This document shows, in pieces, positions 7,005-16,011 of a DNA stretch of 32,000 nt. Position 1 is the stretch's first letter. The number at the start of each line of letters is the position of its first letter. The stretch is from Pseudodesulfovibrio piezophilus C1TLV30 (lineage in GTDB: Bacteria; Desulfobacterota; Desulfovibrionia; Desulfovibrionales; Desulfovibrionaceae): the NCBI RefSeq assembly GCF_000341895.1, contig NC_020409.1:90001-122000 (forward strand), given 5' to 3'. The position numbers and the translations under genes are program-made. The notes under the pieces were generated by a model that saw only the letters and a program-made list of their open reading frames with translations, was not told the origin of the DNA and ran no database searches.

Positions 7005-7739
7005 ATGAAGAATCCATATTTTCAGTTTTCCGGCGGTATTTTTGCAGTTCTCCTTTTTATGGTCTGCCTCTTTTTTGTCTTTGTATTTCTCCCTATTTCC
7101 ATCGTGGCAGAGGCTTTTTCCAAGCTCGGCCTGACTCCGGCCCAGGGCGTTTTGATGTTTATTGCCATCCTTGTCGGACGTGTGGTCAACCTTCCGGTTT
7201 ATACCAGTGAACGGCTTGTCGTGGTGCCCCGACCTCGTTCCATGGGATTTTCCGTGGATGAATTCGGTCGCCCTGTGCATTTGGAGGAAGAACCGGCCAA
7301 TGAGTTGAAAAAACAAGTTTTTGCAATGAATGTCGGTGGATGTATCCTCCCAGTTTTACTCAGTATAACTTTCCTACTCGGTATGCGAACAGAAGGGCAT
7401 GCGCTGGAGTCATTTGCCTGGATTGGATTTGCTTTACTGATGGTAACAGGAGGCTGCTTTGCTCTTTCCAAAGCTGATCCTTTCACAGGGCTTCGCGTGC
7501 CGCTCTTTATGCCGGCTCTGATGACATTTATCTCGGTATTCTTTTTTGTTCCAGAACCATTTCGGCCAGTGGCAGCCTATGTCGCAGGGACATTGGGAAC
7601 GCTTTTGGGAGGGAATCTACTTCCCCTTTTGCTGCCGCGCATTCGAAATTCTGTCGGGGCACCGCTTGTCTCGATCGGTGGTGCTGGGACTTTTGGCGGT
7701 GTCTTTATCGCCGGGATTCTTGCTGTTCTTTTAGCGTAA
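7005..7739 (+). CDS. Polytopic integral membrane protein (possibly DUF1614 family)
   Basis: 244 aa with 6 or more hydrophobic segments. The NVGGCILPVLLS motif resembles what I recall of DUF1614, but the family assignment is from memory only. Confidence 0.55.
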   Translation: MKNPYFQFSGGIFAVLLFMVCLFFVFVFLPISIVAEAFSKLGLTPAQGVLMFIAILVGRVVNLPVYTSERLVVVPRPRSMGFSVDEFGRPVHLEEEPANELKKQVFAMNVGGCILPVLLSITFLLGMRTEGHALESFAWIGFALLMVTGGCFALSKADPFTGLRVPLFMPALMTFISVFFFVPEPFRPVAAYVAGTLGTLLGGNLLPLLLPRIRNSVGAPLVSIGGAGTFGGVFIAGILAVLLA

Positions 7740-7753
7740 AGAAAGAGGTCAAT

Positions 7754-8542
7754 ATGAGCAACAGTGGCGTTCGGGTTACTGTAGTGACAGGTGTTCCCAA
7801 GGGTGAGTATCATACCCTCGCCAAAGACGGTCTGCTTTCTCCTTTCAAGCTGGAAGGGACCGAGAATGTTTTTCATTTTTTGCAGGCAGGATCCATCCTC
7901 GGAAATGATTCTATACTCCTTCGTGTGGTTTCTGCTGGTTGGGTTCCTGGCTGTGGGGAAAGCGCTTCCACCAGACAGGTCGTTCTGGAGACAATGACTG
8001 ATTGTCCACAAGGCGAATTTGACTTTGATGTCACCAAAAATGGCTACTCTCTTGCATGGGTGACCTTGAGTGACAAAGGTGCGGCCGGAAAGCGTGAAGA
8101 TAAGTCCGGCCCTCTCATAGCGAAGCTCGTCTCTGAAAAGCTTGATTTGGCATTTGTTCAAGGGTTCATCATTCCCGATGACCCTCGTCAATTAAAAGGT
8201 CTTTTGGCAGATTTGGCCCTGGTTCAGAGGTTTGACTTGATTTTGACAACAGGGGGGACCGGTGTCGGCCCGAGAGATATAACCCCTGAAGCAACTTTAT
8301 CCCTTATTGAAAAACGGTTGCCAGGATATGAACGAGCCATGACGGAAGCGAGTTTGTCCAAAACCCCGCACGGAGCAATTTCAAGAGCAATTGCTGGGAC
8401 TTTGAGTGAAACCTTAATAGTCAATATGCCTGGAAGTCCGAAAGCAGTGGCGGAGTGCTTGGAGCCTCTTTTACCAACCCTGAAGCATACCTTGGAAAAA
8501 TTGCAGGGTGATTCTGCTGATTGTGCTTCTCTTTATACTTGA
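7754..8542 (+). CDS. Molybdenum cofactor biosynthesis MogA/MoaB-domain protein with an N-terminal extension of about 95 aa
   Basis: The C-terminal approximately 165 aa contain AWVTLSDKGAAGKREDKSG, LILTTGGTGVGPRDITPEA and MPGSPKAV, which are MoCF_biosynth/MogA signatures. AGAGG lies upstream of the ATG. The N-terminal part is unassigned. Confidence 0.8.
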   Translation: MSNSGVRVTVVTGVPKGEYHTLAKDGLLSPFKLEGTENVFHFLQAGSILGNDSILLRVVSAGWVPGCGESASTRQVVLETMTDCPQGEFDFDVTKNGYSLAWVTLSDKGAAGKREDKSGPLIAKLVSEKLDLAFVQGFIIPDDPRQLKGLLADLALVQRFDLILTTGGTGVGPRDITPEATLSLIEKRLPGYERAMTEASLSKTPHGAISRAIAGTLSETLIVNMPGSPKAVAECLEPLLPTLKHTLEKLQGDSADCASLYT

Positions 8543-8651
8543 TTCAACCTATTTGTGGTTGCACAGGTAATAAAGAGTTGTTAGATAGTGAGGAATGAAT
8601 TTGTTGCAAGTTCAACTACATCTAGAAAACAGCAAAACAGGATAATACATT

Positions 8652-10019
8652 ATGCGTCTTAAACGGTTTCTGTTCTTACCCATGGCCGTCATGGTCATCA
8701 TGATCTTTTCGTCATTCGCTTTGGCCCAAGACGCTGATCCCGCTCCAGGTGCAAAGCTGGAAACCGTAGAGGATATTTCGGGAGTCTTTGACCTTGAGAG
8801 GAGTGTCAAACGTGCGCTTTCTCTCAACCCGAGTATGACAGCCATTCGTGCCCAGTTGACTGGTTCAACTTACGGGACACGCTCTGCCTTTGGGCAGTTC
8901 CTGCCCAAAGCGCAAGCTTCATACGGCTTCACCAACTACGGGCGTGCTCTGACCACCTCTGGGAGGCACGAAGACTGGGTCGCCAACGTCAATGTGACTC
9001 AACCAGTCTTTCAGGGATTCAATCTGCTGGCCACTTGGCAAAAGGCCAAGCTGACTGAGGAGTCGAATCAGGCTTCCTTGACTGATGTCGAGTTGACCCT
9101 CATTTCAAGTGTGCAATCCAATTTCCTTTCACTTCTCAAAGCTCGGATGGATGTCAAAAGCGCTGAAGATGCCGTTGCACGTCTCGAATCCCAATTGAAA
9201 GTCATTAATGCCTTCTACGAAGTCGGACTTCGCCCTAAAGCGGAAGTCCTCGACGCGGAAGTTGATCTGGCAACAGCTCGTCAGGATCTTTTGACAGCCA
9301 GAAATGCTGTCTCAACTCAGATTGCGCAGCTCAATACATTGTTGAATATCCCCTTGGAATCCAATGTCGAGTATGTCGGAGAATTGACCTATATCCCTTT
9401 TGATCTGACATTGCAGGAATGCTTGAGTCGGGCGTATGAAAGACGTCCTGATCTGACTATCGGCGAGAAGAGTGTCGAGATTGCTGAAAAAGATGCAACC
9501 AGAGCTGCCAGTAGCTTTTATCCTGAGGTCAACGCAGATTGGGATTATTACAAAAAAGGCGTTGATGCCGGACTTGGCAAGGGAGGCGATTACCCCTACA
9601 GCTACCAGGAATATTGGACTGTAGGCGTGACTGCTTCCATGTCAATCTTCGAGGGTGGAGCTGACTATTATGACTACAAGCAGGCTGAGGAAACCATTAA
9701 GCAGGTTCAGGCTCAGTTGGAAGATACGCGCCTTAATGCCGGCTTCGAAGTCAAGACTTCTCTGCTGAATATCAAGGAAGCCGCTGACCGTATAACGGTT
9801 GCCCAAAAATCAGTTGAAGCCGCCGAAGAAGCATACCGTATGGCTGTTGCCCGCTATCAGGCTCAAGTGGGAACAAATACGGACGTATTGAACGCACAGG
9901 CCCGGCTCACGACAAGCGAAGCCCAGTTGTCTCAGGCTTTGGCTGACTACGGAACTGCCATTTCAGCTTTGTATGTTGCCATGGGTGAAAAAAATCTTGG
10001 ACTGGCCGAGGCCCGGTAA
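8652..10019 (+). CDS. TolC-family outer membrane efflux protein
   Basis: Signal peptide MRLKRFLFLPMAVMVIMIFSSFALAQD. Two repeated helical halves with typical OEP-family patterns (LT..ELTL...V...F..LL.A; A.E.Y....ARY.AQVGT..DVLNAQ..L). Length 455 aa. Confidence 0.85.
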   Translation: MRLKRFLFLPMAVMVIMIFSSFALAQDADPAPGAKLETVEDISGVFDLERSVKRALSLNPSMTAIRAQLTGSTYGTRSAFGQFLPKAQASYGFTNYGRALTTSGRHEDWVANVNVTQPVFQGFNLLATWQKAKLTEESNQASLTDVELTLISSVQSNFLSLLKARMDVKSAEDAVARLESQLKVINAFYEVGLRPKAEVLDAEVDLATARQDLLTARNAVSTQIAQLNTLLNIPLESNVEYVGELTYIPFDLTLQECLSRAYERRPDLTIGEKSVEIAEKDATRAASSFYPEVNADWDYYKKGVDAGLGKGGDYPYSYQEYWTVGVTASMSIFEGGADYYDYKQAEETIKQVQAQLEDTRLNAGFEVKTSLLNIKEAADRITVAQKSVEAAEEAYRMAVARYQAQVGTNTDVLNAQARLTTSEAQLSQALADYGTAISALYVAMGEKNLGLAEAR

Positions 10020-10023
10020 AGCC

Positions 10024-10230
10024 ATGACTTTTGGACGAAAACGTTCTTGGCAGGCACAAGGTATGGTGTGCGAAAAATGCGGTTTTGAATTAACAGCTGA
10101 TCGTGGATGCCAAGAAGTGCTGCTCCGTTGTCCTTCCTGTGGGAAGTCGTACGAACTGAAAAAATATGCATCTCGCATGGATGACGAGTTCGAGGAGGAG
10201 ATGGGGTTTGTGCCCATGGATCGAATCTGA
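10024..10230 (+). CDS. Small zinc-ribbon protein (68 aa, two CxxC pairs, acidic tail)
   Basis: MTFGRKRSWQAQGMVCEKCG...LRCPSCGKSYELKKY..DDEFEEEMGF. The ATG lies 4 nt after the TolC-like stop codon. The longer ORF-track start at 9973 would overlap the TolC-like gene. Confidence 0.5.
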   Translation: MTFGRKRSWQAQGMVCEKCGFELTADRGCQEVLLRCPSCGKSYELKKYASRMDDEFEEEMGFVPMDRI

Positions 10231-11164
10231 CTTTGTCGCTTCAAGTCGCCTCAATCGTGCGGCCTTCGTTTTTTCGTTGGCCGCCTTTTTCTTTTTCAGT
10301 GCTTCATCCCTTGGCTGGGCTCAAACAGGGAGCATCTGGGAGCCTCTGGAAGAGAGATTGATTCAGGACGGTTTTGATCGAACTTATATCAAATCACTTT
10401 TCGGACGAACCAGTCTTCGCTTCTCTCCTGACATCATGGCGCGAAAAATTAACGCGCTTCTTGCCACTAAACTTTCTGTTTCTAAGAAAAGACCCCGGAC
10501 AAAACCACAGGCCATGGGAAAGTATCTCAATCCTATATTGATCGCTGGTGCATATGGTTACTATCGAGAGCATAGGCAGGATTTTGAGGTAATTGAGAGG
10601 AAGTATGATGTCCCCGGTGATATTTTAACAGCGCTTCTTCTGGTCGAAACGAAATTAGGGAATCAGGTGGGGCGTTACAATGCGCTGACAATACTCTCGA
10701 ATATGGCGTTGTCTAAAGATTTCAGCCTCATTGAAGCGCATCTCGATCTTGAAAATGTGTCCGATGAAGTCAAGGATTGGCTGATGCGTCGGACAGGTCA
10801 AAAAGCAAATTGGGCCTATGGGGAACTCAAGTCACTTATCACATATGCTAGGCAGAATGGGCACGATCCTTTGGAAATTCCCAGTTCTATGTATGGAGCT
10901 ATTGGGAAGTGTCAGTTTATCCCGTCGAGTGCTCTCGCCTATGGTGTTGATGGGTCAGGTGATGGCATTGTGGATTTGTTCAATACTGCCGATGCCCTTC
11001 ATAGCATGGCTAATTTTATCAAAAAACACGGGTGGGAAAAAGATTTGGATCGGAAGGCTCAGTTGAAGGTCATTTACCGCTATAATCACTCAGAAAGCTA
11101 CTCTCTGACCATTATGGCTGTTGCCGACAAACTCAGGAAGACAAACGATTTTTTTGGGAACTAG
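10181..11164 (+). CDS. Lytic murein transglycosylase (MltB-like)
   Basis: LLVETKLG, GAIGKCQFIPSSALAYGVDGSGDGIVDLFNTADALHSMANFIKKHGW and YRYNHSESY match the MltB/lytic transglycosylase family. An N-terminal hydrophobic segment ends in SSLGWAQ. The only in-frame ATGs are 10166 and 10181, and both overlap the zinc-ribbon gene. Confidence 0.8.
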   Translation: MTSSRRRWGLCPWIESDFVASSRLNRAAFVFSLAAFFFFSASSLGWAQTGSIWEPLEERLIQDGFDRTYIKSLFGRTSLRFSPDIMARKINALLATKLSVSKKRPRTKPQAMGKYLNPILIAGAYGYYREHRQDFEVIERKYDVPGDILTALLLVETKLGNQVGRYNALTILSNMALSKDFSLIEAHLDLENVSDEVKDWLMRRTGQKANWAYGELKSLITYARQNGHDPLEIPSSMYGAIGKCQFIPSSALAYGVDGSGDGIVDLFNTADALHSMANFIKKHGWEKDLDRKAQLKVIYRYNHSESYSLTIMAVADKLRKTNDFFGN

Positions 11165-12267
11165 TCATCCAGAAGACTTTGGTACAAATTGAGACTCCGT
11201 TTAAGAAATTCTTCCAGCGTGAGCTGAGACAGCGTTCTTTTTTGGGCTTCCAGCAGGTTTTTGCTCATTCTTGTGTCGTCAATTATTGTGTGCAATTTTT
11301 GCGAAAGCCCTGTGACGTCTCCTGGTTCAACAAGACCATCCTGAGAGACAAGGTCTGGCATGACACCGACATTGGTTGATATCAAAGGGCGGTCTGCCGC
11401 CATGATTTCCAATGCCGAACGGGCAATTGCTTCCGACCAGAGAGATGCGACCACCCCAATATCCATGGCAGAAATACAGGCTGCCACATCGTTACGTTTT
11501 CCGCTAATGCGAGTGATGTTTTCGAGATTGTTTTCAGCGAGGCTTTCGTGAATATCAGCTTCACTCATGGCTGTGTCAAATCCTATAAGGAAGAGGCGAA
11601 TGGAATCAACCCCGTGTTGTTTCAAACGCGCGAGAGCTTCAATTGTTTCCTTATGCCCCTTCACGCGGTCAAAACGACCCAAGAGGCCGATGACAGTGTC
11701 TTCTTCTGTAAAACCGAATTCCTTGCGGACTGCTTGTCGTCCTTCATTTGTGAAGGCAAATCGTTTTGTGTCTACACCTCCATGGATAAGCCATAGCTGA
11801 TTGCTGGGAGTACGCATGGTTTCAAGAAAATATTTTGCCATACGTCTGTTGGTAACGACGACAGCGTCTGCTATTCGTGCATGTAACCACCGGTTGAAGG
11901 AGTCACTTTTGGGAGGGCGCTGATCTCCCCGTGTCCTGACAAGTTTGAACCGCCATCCCAGTAATTTGAGAACACCCCAGATAAAGAACCCTTCTCCTCT
12001 GTGGCAGTTGACGATATCGGGACGGTGCGCCCTGAGAAGTTGTATGATATGACGAGTTGCGGCGGCAAAGCGGAGAGGACTGACTGTATTCAAGTCCACT
12101 GCCACAATGTTGAGTCCCATCTCCTGGGCTATTTTTTCCGAAGCCGTTCCTTTTTGAGTAATTACCGTGACTTCATGCCCTGCATCAGTCAAAAGTTTAC
12201 TCAAGGTGATGGCATACCAGGCGGTTGCATTGAACCACCGAACATTGATGACTTGGAATATTTTCAT
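11161..12267 (-). CDS. Glycosyltransferase, GT4 (GT-B fold) family
   Basis: The typical start MKIFQVINV... was chosen over the ORF-track start at 12372, which would overlap the divergent GT2 gene. The C-terminal nucleotide-sugar region SLWSEAIARSALEIMAADRPLISTNVGVMPDLV resembles the GT4 EX7E region. Confidence 0.8.
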   Translation of the reverse strand: MKIFQVINVRWFNATAWYAITLSKLLTDAGHEVTVITQKGTASEKIAQEMGLNIVAVDLNTVSPLRFAAATRHIIQLLRAHRPDIVNCHRGEGFFIWGVLKLLGWRFKLVRTRGDQRPPKSDSFNRWLHARIADAVVVTNRRMAKYFLETMRTPSNQLWLIHGGVDTKRFAFTNEGRQAVRKEFGFTEEDTVIGLLGRFDRVKGHKETIEALARLKQHGVDSIRLFLIGFDTAMSEADIHESLAENNLENITRISGKRNDVAACISAMDIGVVASLWSEAIARSALEIMAADRPLISTNVGVMPDLVSQDGLVEPGDVTGLSQKLHTIIDDTRMSKNLLEAQKRTLSQLTLEEFLKRSLNLYQSLLDD

Positions 12268-12346
12268 AAAATCCGTTACGGGTTTGAACCGTTGTTTGAT
12301 AATACAGCATGACAGTTCACCGTTCTTAACGCAAGGTCTACCATTG

Positions 12347-13210
12347 ATGAGGAATATATTGATTTCAATCATACTCCCTACTTATGATAGGGCGTCATTG
12401 CTCTCTATTGCATTGGATTCTGTTCTGGCACAAACCTATGAAAATTGGGAATTGATCATTGTGGATGACGGTTCTACCGATGATACATCGGAAATAGTCA
12501 CGAGCTATGAGGATTCGCGAATTCGGTATTTTCATCAAGCGAATAAGGGGGTGTCTGCTGCTCGTAACAAGGCTATTGAATTGAGCTGTGGAGAGTATAT
12601 GGCATTGCTCGATTCGGATGACGAATGGTTACCGAATAAATTGGAAGCTCAATTAAAGTATATGCAGCAGGGAGGGTACGAGATAAGTCAGACAAATGAG
12701 ATTTGGTTCCGTAAGGGAAAGCGAGTCAATCAGCCAGCCAAATATGCCAAGCCGGAAGGGTGGTTCTTTGAAGATTCACTCAAAATGTGTTTGATTAGCC
12801 CGTCGTGTACAATGTTGACACGACAGGCATGGAAGCACATCGGTCCATTCGATGTAACTATGCCTTCGTGCGAAGATTATGATTTATGGCTTCGGGCCTG
12901 CTTGTTCTATCCTATCGGACTTGTCCCTGATCAATTGACTATAAAATATGGTGGGCGTGCCGATCAATTGTCAAACAATGTCCCATGTCCGGATCGCTAT
13001 CGCATCCATGCGCTTGTCAAAATTCTGCAAAGCGGGAAACTTGATGCCCGGCAATATGAACGTGCAATGCAGGAATTGGAAACCAAAACATCCATATACC
13101 GGATGGGGTGTGAGAAGAGAGGGAAAAGTGATGAAGCTGAAAGGGTTTGGAACTTGTTTTGCACTGTACGTGATGGGATGAAAGTTCTGGTCCGTGACAT
13201 GGAAATGTAA
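12347..13210 (+). CDS. Glycosyltransferase, GT2 family
   Basis: ISIILPTYDRASLLSIALDSVLAQTYENWELIIVDDGSTDDT and LDSDDEW (DxD) are classic GT2 motifs. The ATG at 12347 was chosen as start (MRNILISII...); the ORF-track start at 12167 overlaps the divergent GT4 gene. Confidence 0.85.
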   Translation: MRNILISIILPTYDRASLLSIALDSVLAQTYENWELIIVDDGSTDDTSEIVTSYEDSRIRYFHQANKGVSAARNKAIELSCGEYMALLDSDDEWLPNKLEAQLKYMQQGGYEISQTNEIWFRKGKRVNQPAKYAKPEGWFFEDSLKMCLISPSCTMLTRQAWKHIGPFDVTMPSCEDYDLWLRACLFYPIGLVPDQLTIKYGGRADQLSNNVPCPDRYRIHALVKILQSGKLDARQYERAMQELETKTSIYRMGCEKRGKSDEAERVWNLFCTVRDGMKVLVRDMEM

Positions 13211-13237
13211 ATTATTATTGATCTGGTTTAAAAAAAC

Positions 13238-13264
13238 GCTTTTGTCGCTCTTATCGACAAAAGC
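13238..13264. terminator. Strong hairpin between the GT2 gene and the 883-aa gene; its U-tract is on the minus strand only
   Basis: Perfect 10-bp stem GCTTTTGTCG (13238-13247) / CGACAAAAGC (13255-13264) with a 7-nt loop. It is preceded by AAAAAAA on + (T7 on the minus strand) and has no T-run after it on +. Confidence 0.5.
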
Positions 13265-13278
13265 ATTGAGGTGACCGC

Positions 13279-15930
13279 GTGCCAAGCATTGCCAAACTTA
13301 TAGACGAACTTCCCGAGATCAGCCAATCACGATTGGTTGCATCGGGATTTGGCGTATGGGTTTCATGGAAGGGAAAACTGAATAATGCTGTACAAAATAC
13401 TCTTCGTGAATATGGTGCGCTTTGCATAGTCAAAGACACAGATCAGGCCCTTTGGTTTTGTAATACACCAGAAATATTTCGCGCACTTGCCAGACTCCAG
13501 ATATGGGCTCGGGTCAACCCCATGTCAATTTTTTGTCAGGTAATCCCCATGACCTTCCTGGTGGGGTATGCGATGGAATATGCCATTTCCTTGCCGCCGG
13601 AATTGGAAAGACAGGAAACCCCGGTCCCTGATGAATTTGAGGTTGTCGTTCATCCTAAGCTCAAAGGTGAAGTGGAAACCATACGTGGTCTGACGACGCA
13701 TGACGCAGGGATGCTCGAAGGACTTGCTTCCGTCGATTGGCTTGGCTTTCATGCCGACCAGGGATTGGACTATGAAACAATCCGTAAATGGTATTTTGTC
13801 GTCAAGCCGCTGGGGCGGATGTCCGACAAGGAAGCCATTTTGGGATGGCGCGATTTCTCGGCTGAAATTATAGAGTTACTTCAGAGGCTTGGTCTCAAGT
13901 ATATTTCTGACATCAAGGAGGGAGTTCTTTTCTTCCCCCTGGATAATTTTCAATTGCTCAGGTCTTTTTGCAGTGAAATCCTGACGTTGATCAAACGGGT
14001 CAAAGATGATCCAGAGAAGCGATACTGGCCTGTTGTCATGGTCGCTGTTTCTCAGGAGAACCTTCCGTTCTCAACGGATCTTCCCAAAAAAATAGGACTT
14101 GATTGGAACCGCCTTGCTCCTGATTTTCCGCATGTTCGCTTCATGGATGGTTTCCTTCTTTCAGAATGGTTTCGCATGAATGAAGCTCGTTACGGGAGTG
14201 AAGCCGTTTCGCTTGATTCGTGGGGAACCATAGCGCTGAGGGAAGGGGGAGAACAAATTGATCATGGTGCCATGCAGGTTGTTCTTGCGAACGTCCTTGT
14301 TGGTGCTGAGGGGACATGCTGCTACTATTGTGGGCAGGTGAACCATGAACCGAAGAATTGTCCTTCAAAATCTTTGACCGCTTTACATCCTCAGGTTTGG
14401 CAGAAACTTGCGAAAACCGATATCAAGGATTTTACCAAAGGATTCCTTGAGGTGGATACGCATGTCAAAGAAGAGAGTTTCGCTGACGACATGCTTGAAT
14501 TACTCAATTCCAGCAAAGGGTTGGACGGGCTCATGGCCCGCGCTGTTTTTGAGATCAATGCGCCTTCTCAGTTACGGACCCTTCGTGTCGTTTGGCGGAG
14601 TCGAGCCAAGGAATGGCCTGAGAGTATGAATCAATTAGTTCCTCAGGAGGGTGAATTCATTTGGGATGCTTTGCAGCACATTGAAGCGGGAGAGTTGGAA
14701 GTTGCAGAAGGGGTCATCAAAGATGCACAGCTTAAGTATCCACGCAGCTATCAGCCGCATTCTCTCCTTGGATTCTGGAATCTGGAAAAAGGAGACAAGA
14801 CGCAGGCGCTCTTTCATTGGCAAGAAGCGGAGCGTATGAGCTATACCCCGTTGCAGCAGGGGTACATTGCTTTCCTTCAGGCCCGGCTTATGGAAGTGGA
14901 CGGGAATCTCAAAGATGCAATTAACACATACAAGCACGCCAATTCGGCATCACCAACCTGGATTGATCCTGTCTACAGACAGGGCGTGTGTATGGTAAAA
15001 ATGGGTTTTACTGGTCAGGCCATGGATGTTTTTTCTGACCTTATCGATCGAGACCCGCACATATTCAATCGAATTCTTATTGACCCGGAAATAGATCGTG
15101 GGCGCGTGCAGCTTATGAGTTCCCTGTGGGATAGATGGGCAGAAGCTGACGAAGAAGTCAAAGCTGTCCGAGAAAGAGTGAGTACTTTAACAACAGATAT
15201 TTCCAAGCGTTTTGATGAAAACCATAGTTTTTTTGAACCGGCGATCGAGGAATTGGAGCGCCTTGAAAATCTGGGAAAAACCAAAAATTATGTTGCCTAC
15301 CGTTTACTTTTACGCGGCACAGAGAAGTTTGATGCCAGTTTGGGTGATGAAGTTAAACGGGAAATCAAGCGAATTGATGCCAATCTGGACTATCAATCCG
15401 ATCGCGTGAAAAGTATTCAGAAAGAAGCTGCATGGTTTCCCTTTCCCAAATTGCTGCTTGAGTTCAATAAGGATTTTAATTTTTGTGTAGATAAGATCAA
15501 TTGGATCAAGACTCAGCGACTCAAGGACGCAGACAATTTCAGAAAATCTCTCAAGCTTCTTGATGAGATTGAAGAGCGCATAGATACATTGCAGGGGCGT
15601 CTGGTCACGCTTCGTATTATTCGGGATAGTACGCTGTTTGTCCTGATGCTTGGGAGAAATTTTATCTGGCTTGAATTGTTGGGATTGGGATTGGCTCTGG
15701 TTGGTATTCCCGCGACCATCTATTTTACAAGGGATATTCAGAGCAATTGGATTCTCGATGCCATACGGGAGCAACGTTGGGAATTTACCAAAGGATTTGT
15801 CATTATTTTGAGCGTCTTTTGCCTGGCGGTGGCAGTCATCAAGAGCGCGCTTTCTTTTGATAAACGAAAGCGGGAACTTTTTGATCAACTTGATGAGGAA
15901 AGTCGGTCCTCAGCATCACGACGTTACTGA
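13279..15930 (+). CDS. Large membrane-anchored TPR-like protein (883 aa) with an internal CCHC zinc knuckle
   Basis: GTG start with GAGGTG 5 nt upstream. CYYCGQVNHEPKNCP (nt 14320-14364) fits CX2CX4HX4C. There is a TPR-like region around residues 470-600 and a long coiled-coil region. Two C-terminal hydrophobic helices are present (LFVLMLGRNFIWLELLGLGLALVGIPATIYF and FVIILSVFCLAVAVIKSAL). Confidence 0.7.
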   Translation: MPSIAKLIDELPEISQSRLVASGFGVWVSWKGKLNNAVQNTLREYGALCIVKDTDQALWFCNTPEIFRALARLQIWARVNPMSIFCQVIPMTFLVGYAMEYAISLPPELERQETPVPDEFEVVVHPKLKGEVETIRGLTTHDAGMLEGLASVDWLGFHADQGLDYETIRKWYFVVKPLGRMSDKEAILGWRDFSAEIIELLQRLGLKYISDIKEGVLFFPLDNFQLLRSFCSEILTLIKRVKDDPEKRYWPVVMVAVSQENLPFSTDLPKKIGLDWNRLAPDFPHVRFMDGFLLSEWFRMNEARYGSEAVSLDSWGTIALREGGEQIDHGAMQVVLANVLVGAEGTCCYYCGQVNHEPKNCPSKSLTALHPQVWQKLAKTDIKDFTKGFLEVDTHVKEESFADDMLELLNSSKGLDGLMARAVFEINAPSQLRTLRVVWRSRAKEWPESMNQLVPQEGEFIWDALQHIEAGELEVAEGVIKDAQLKYPRSYQPHSLLGFWNLEKGDKTQALFHWQEAERMSYTPLQQGYIAFLQARLMEVDGNLKDAINTYKHANSASPTWIDPVYRQGVCMVKMGFTGQAMDVFSDLIDRDPHIFNRILIDPEIDRGRVQLMSSLWDRWAEADEEVKAVRERVSTLTTDISKRFDENHSFFEPAIEELERLENLGKTKNYVAYRLLLRGTEKFDASLGDEVKREIKRIDANLDYQSDRVKSIQKEAAWFPFPKLLLEFNKDFNFCVDKINWIKTQRLKDADNFRKSLKLLDEIEERIDTLQGRLVTLRIIRDSTLFVLMLGRNFIWLELLGLGLALVGIPATIYFTRDIQSNWILDAIREQRWEFTKGFVIILSVFCLAVAVIKSALSFDKRKRELFDQLDEESRSSASRRY

Positions 15931-16011
15931 TAATAACTCATTGCGGCTTCACATCAGTATTTTTTCTGGGTAAGACAGTTACCATTGTTACGTCATTAAG
16001 CGGAGGCGGAT

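Noticed and set aside
7577-8191. A 204-aa minus-strand ORF overlapping the end of the membrane-protein gene and the MogA-like gene. Similar shadow ORFs occur at 15310-15888(-) and 18242-18847(-).
   Set aside because: They are antisense to ORFs with clear domain signatures or better coding features, and they have no SD or motifs.
10024-10230. The possibility that the dual-CxxC mini-protein, or a neighbouring gene, is a selenoprotein with an in-frame UGA, as is common in sulfate reducers.
   Set aside because: The ORF is uninterrupted, with both CxxC motifs using Cys codons. I saw no adjacent same-frame ORF pairs separated by a single TGA anywhere in the window.
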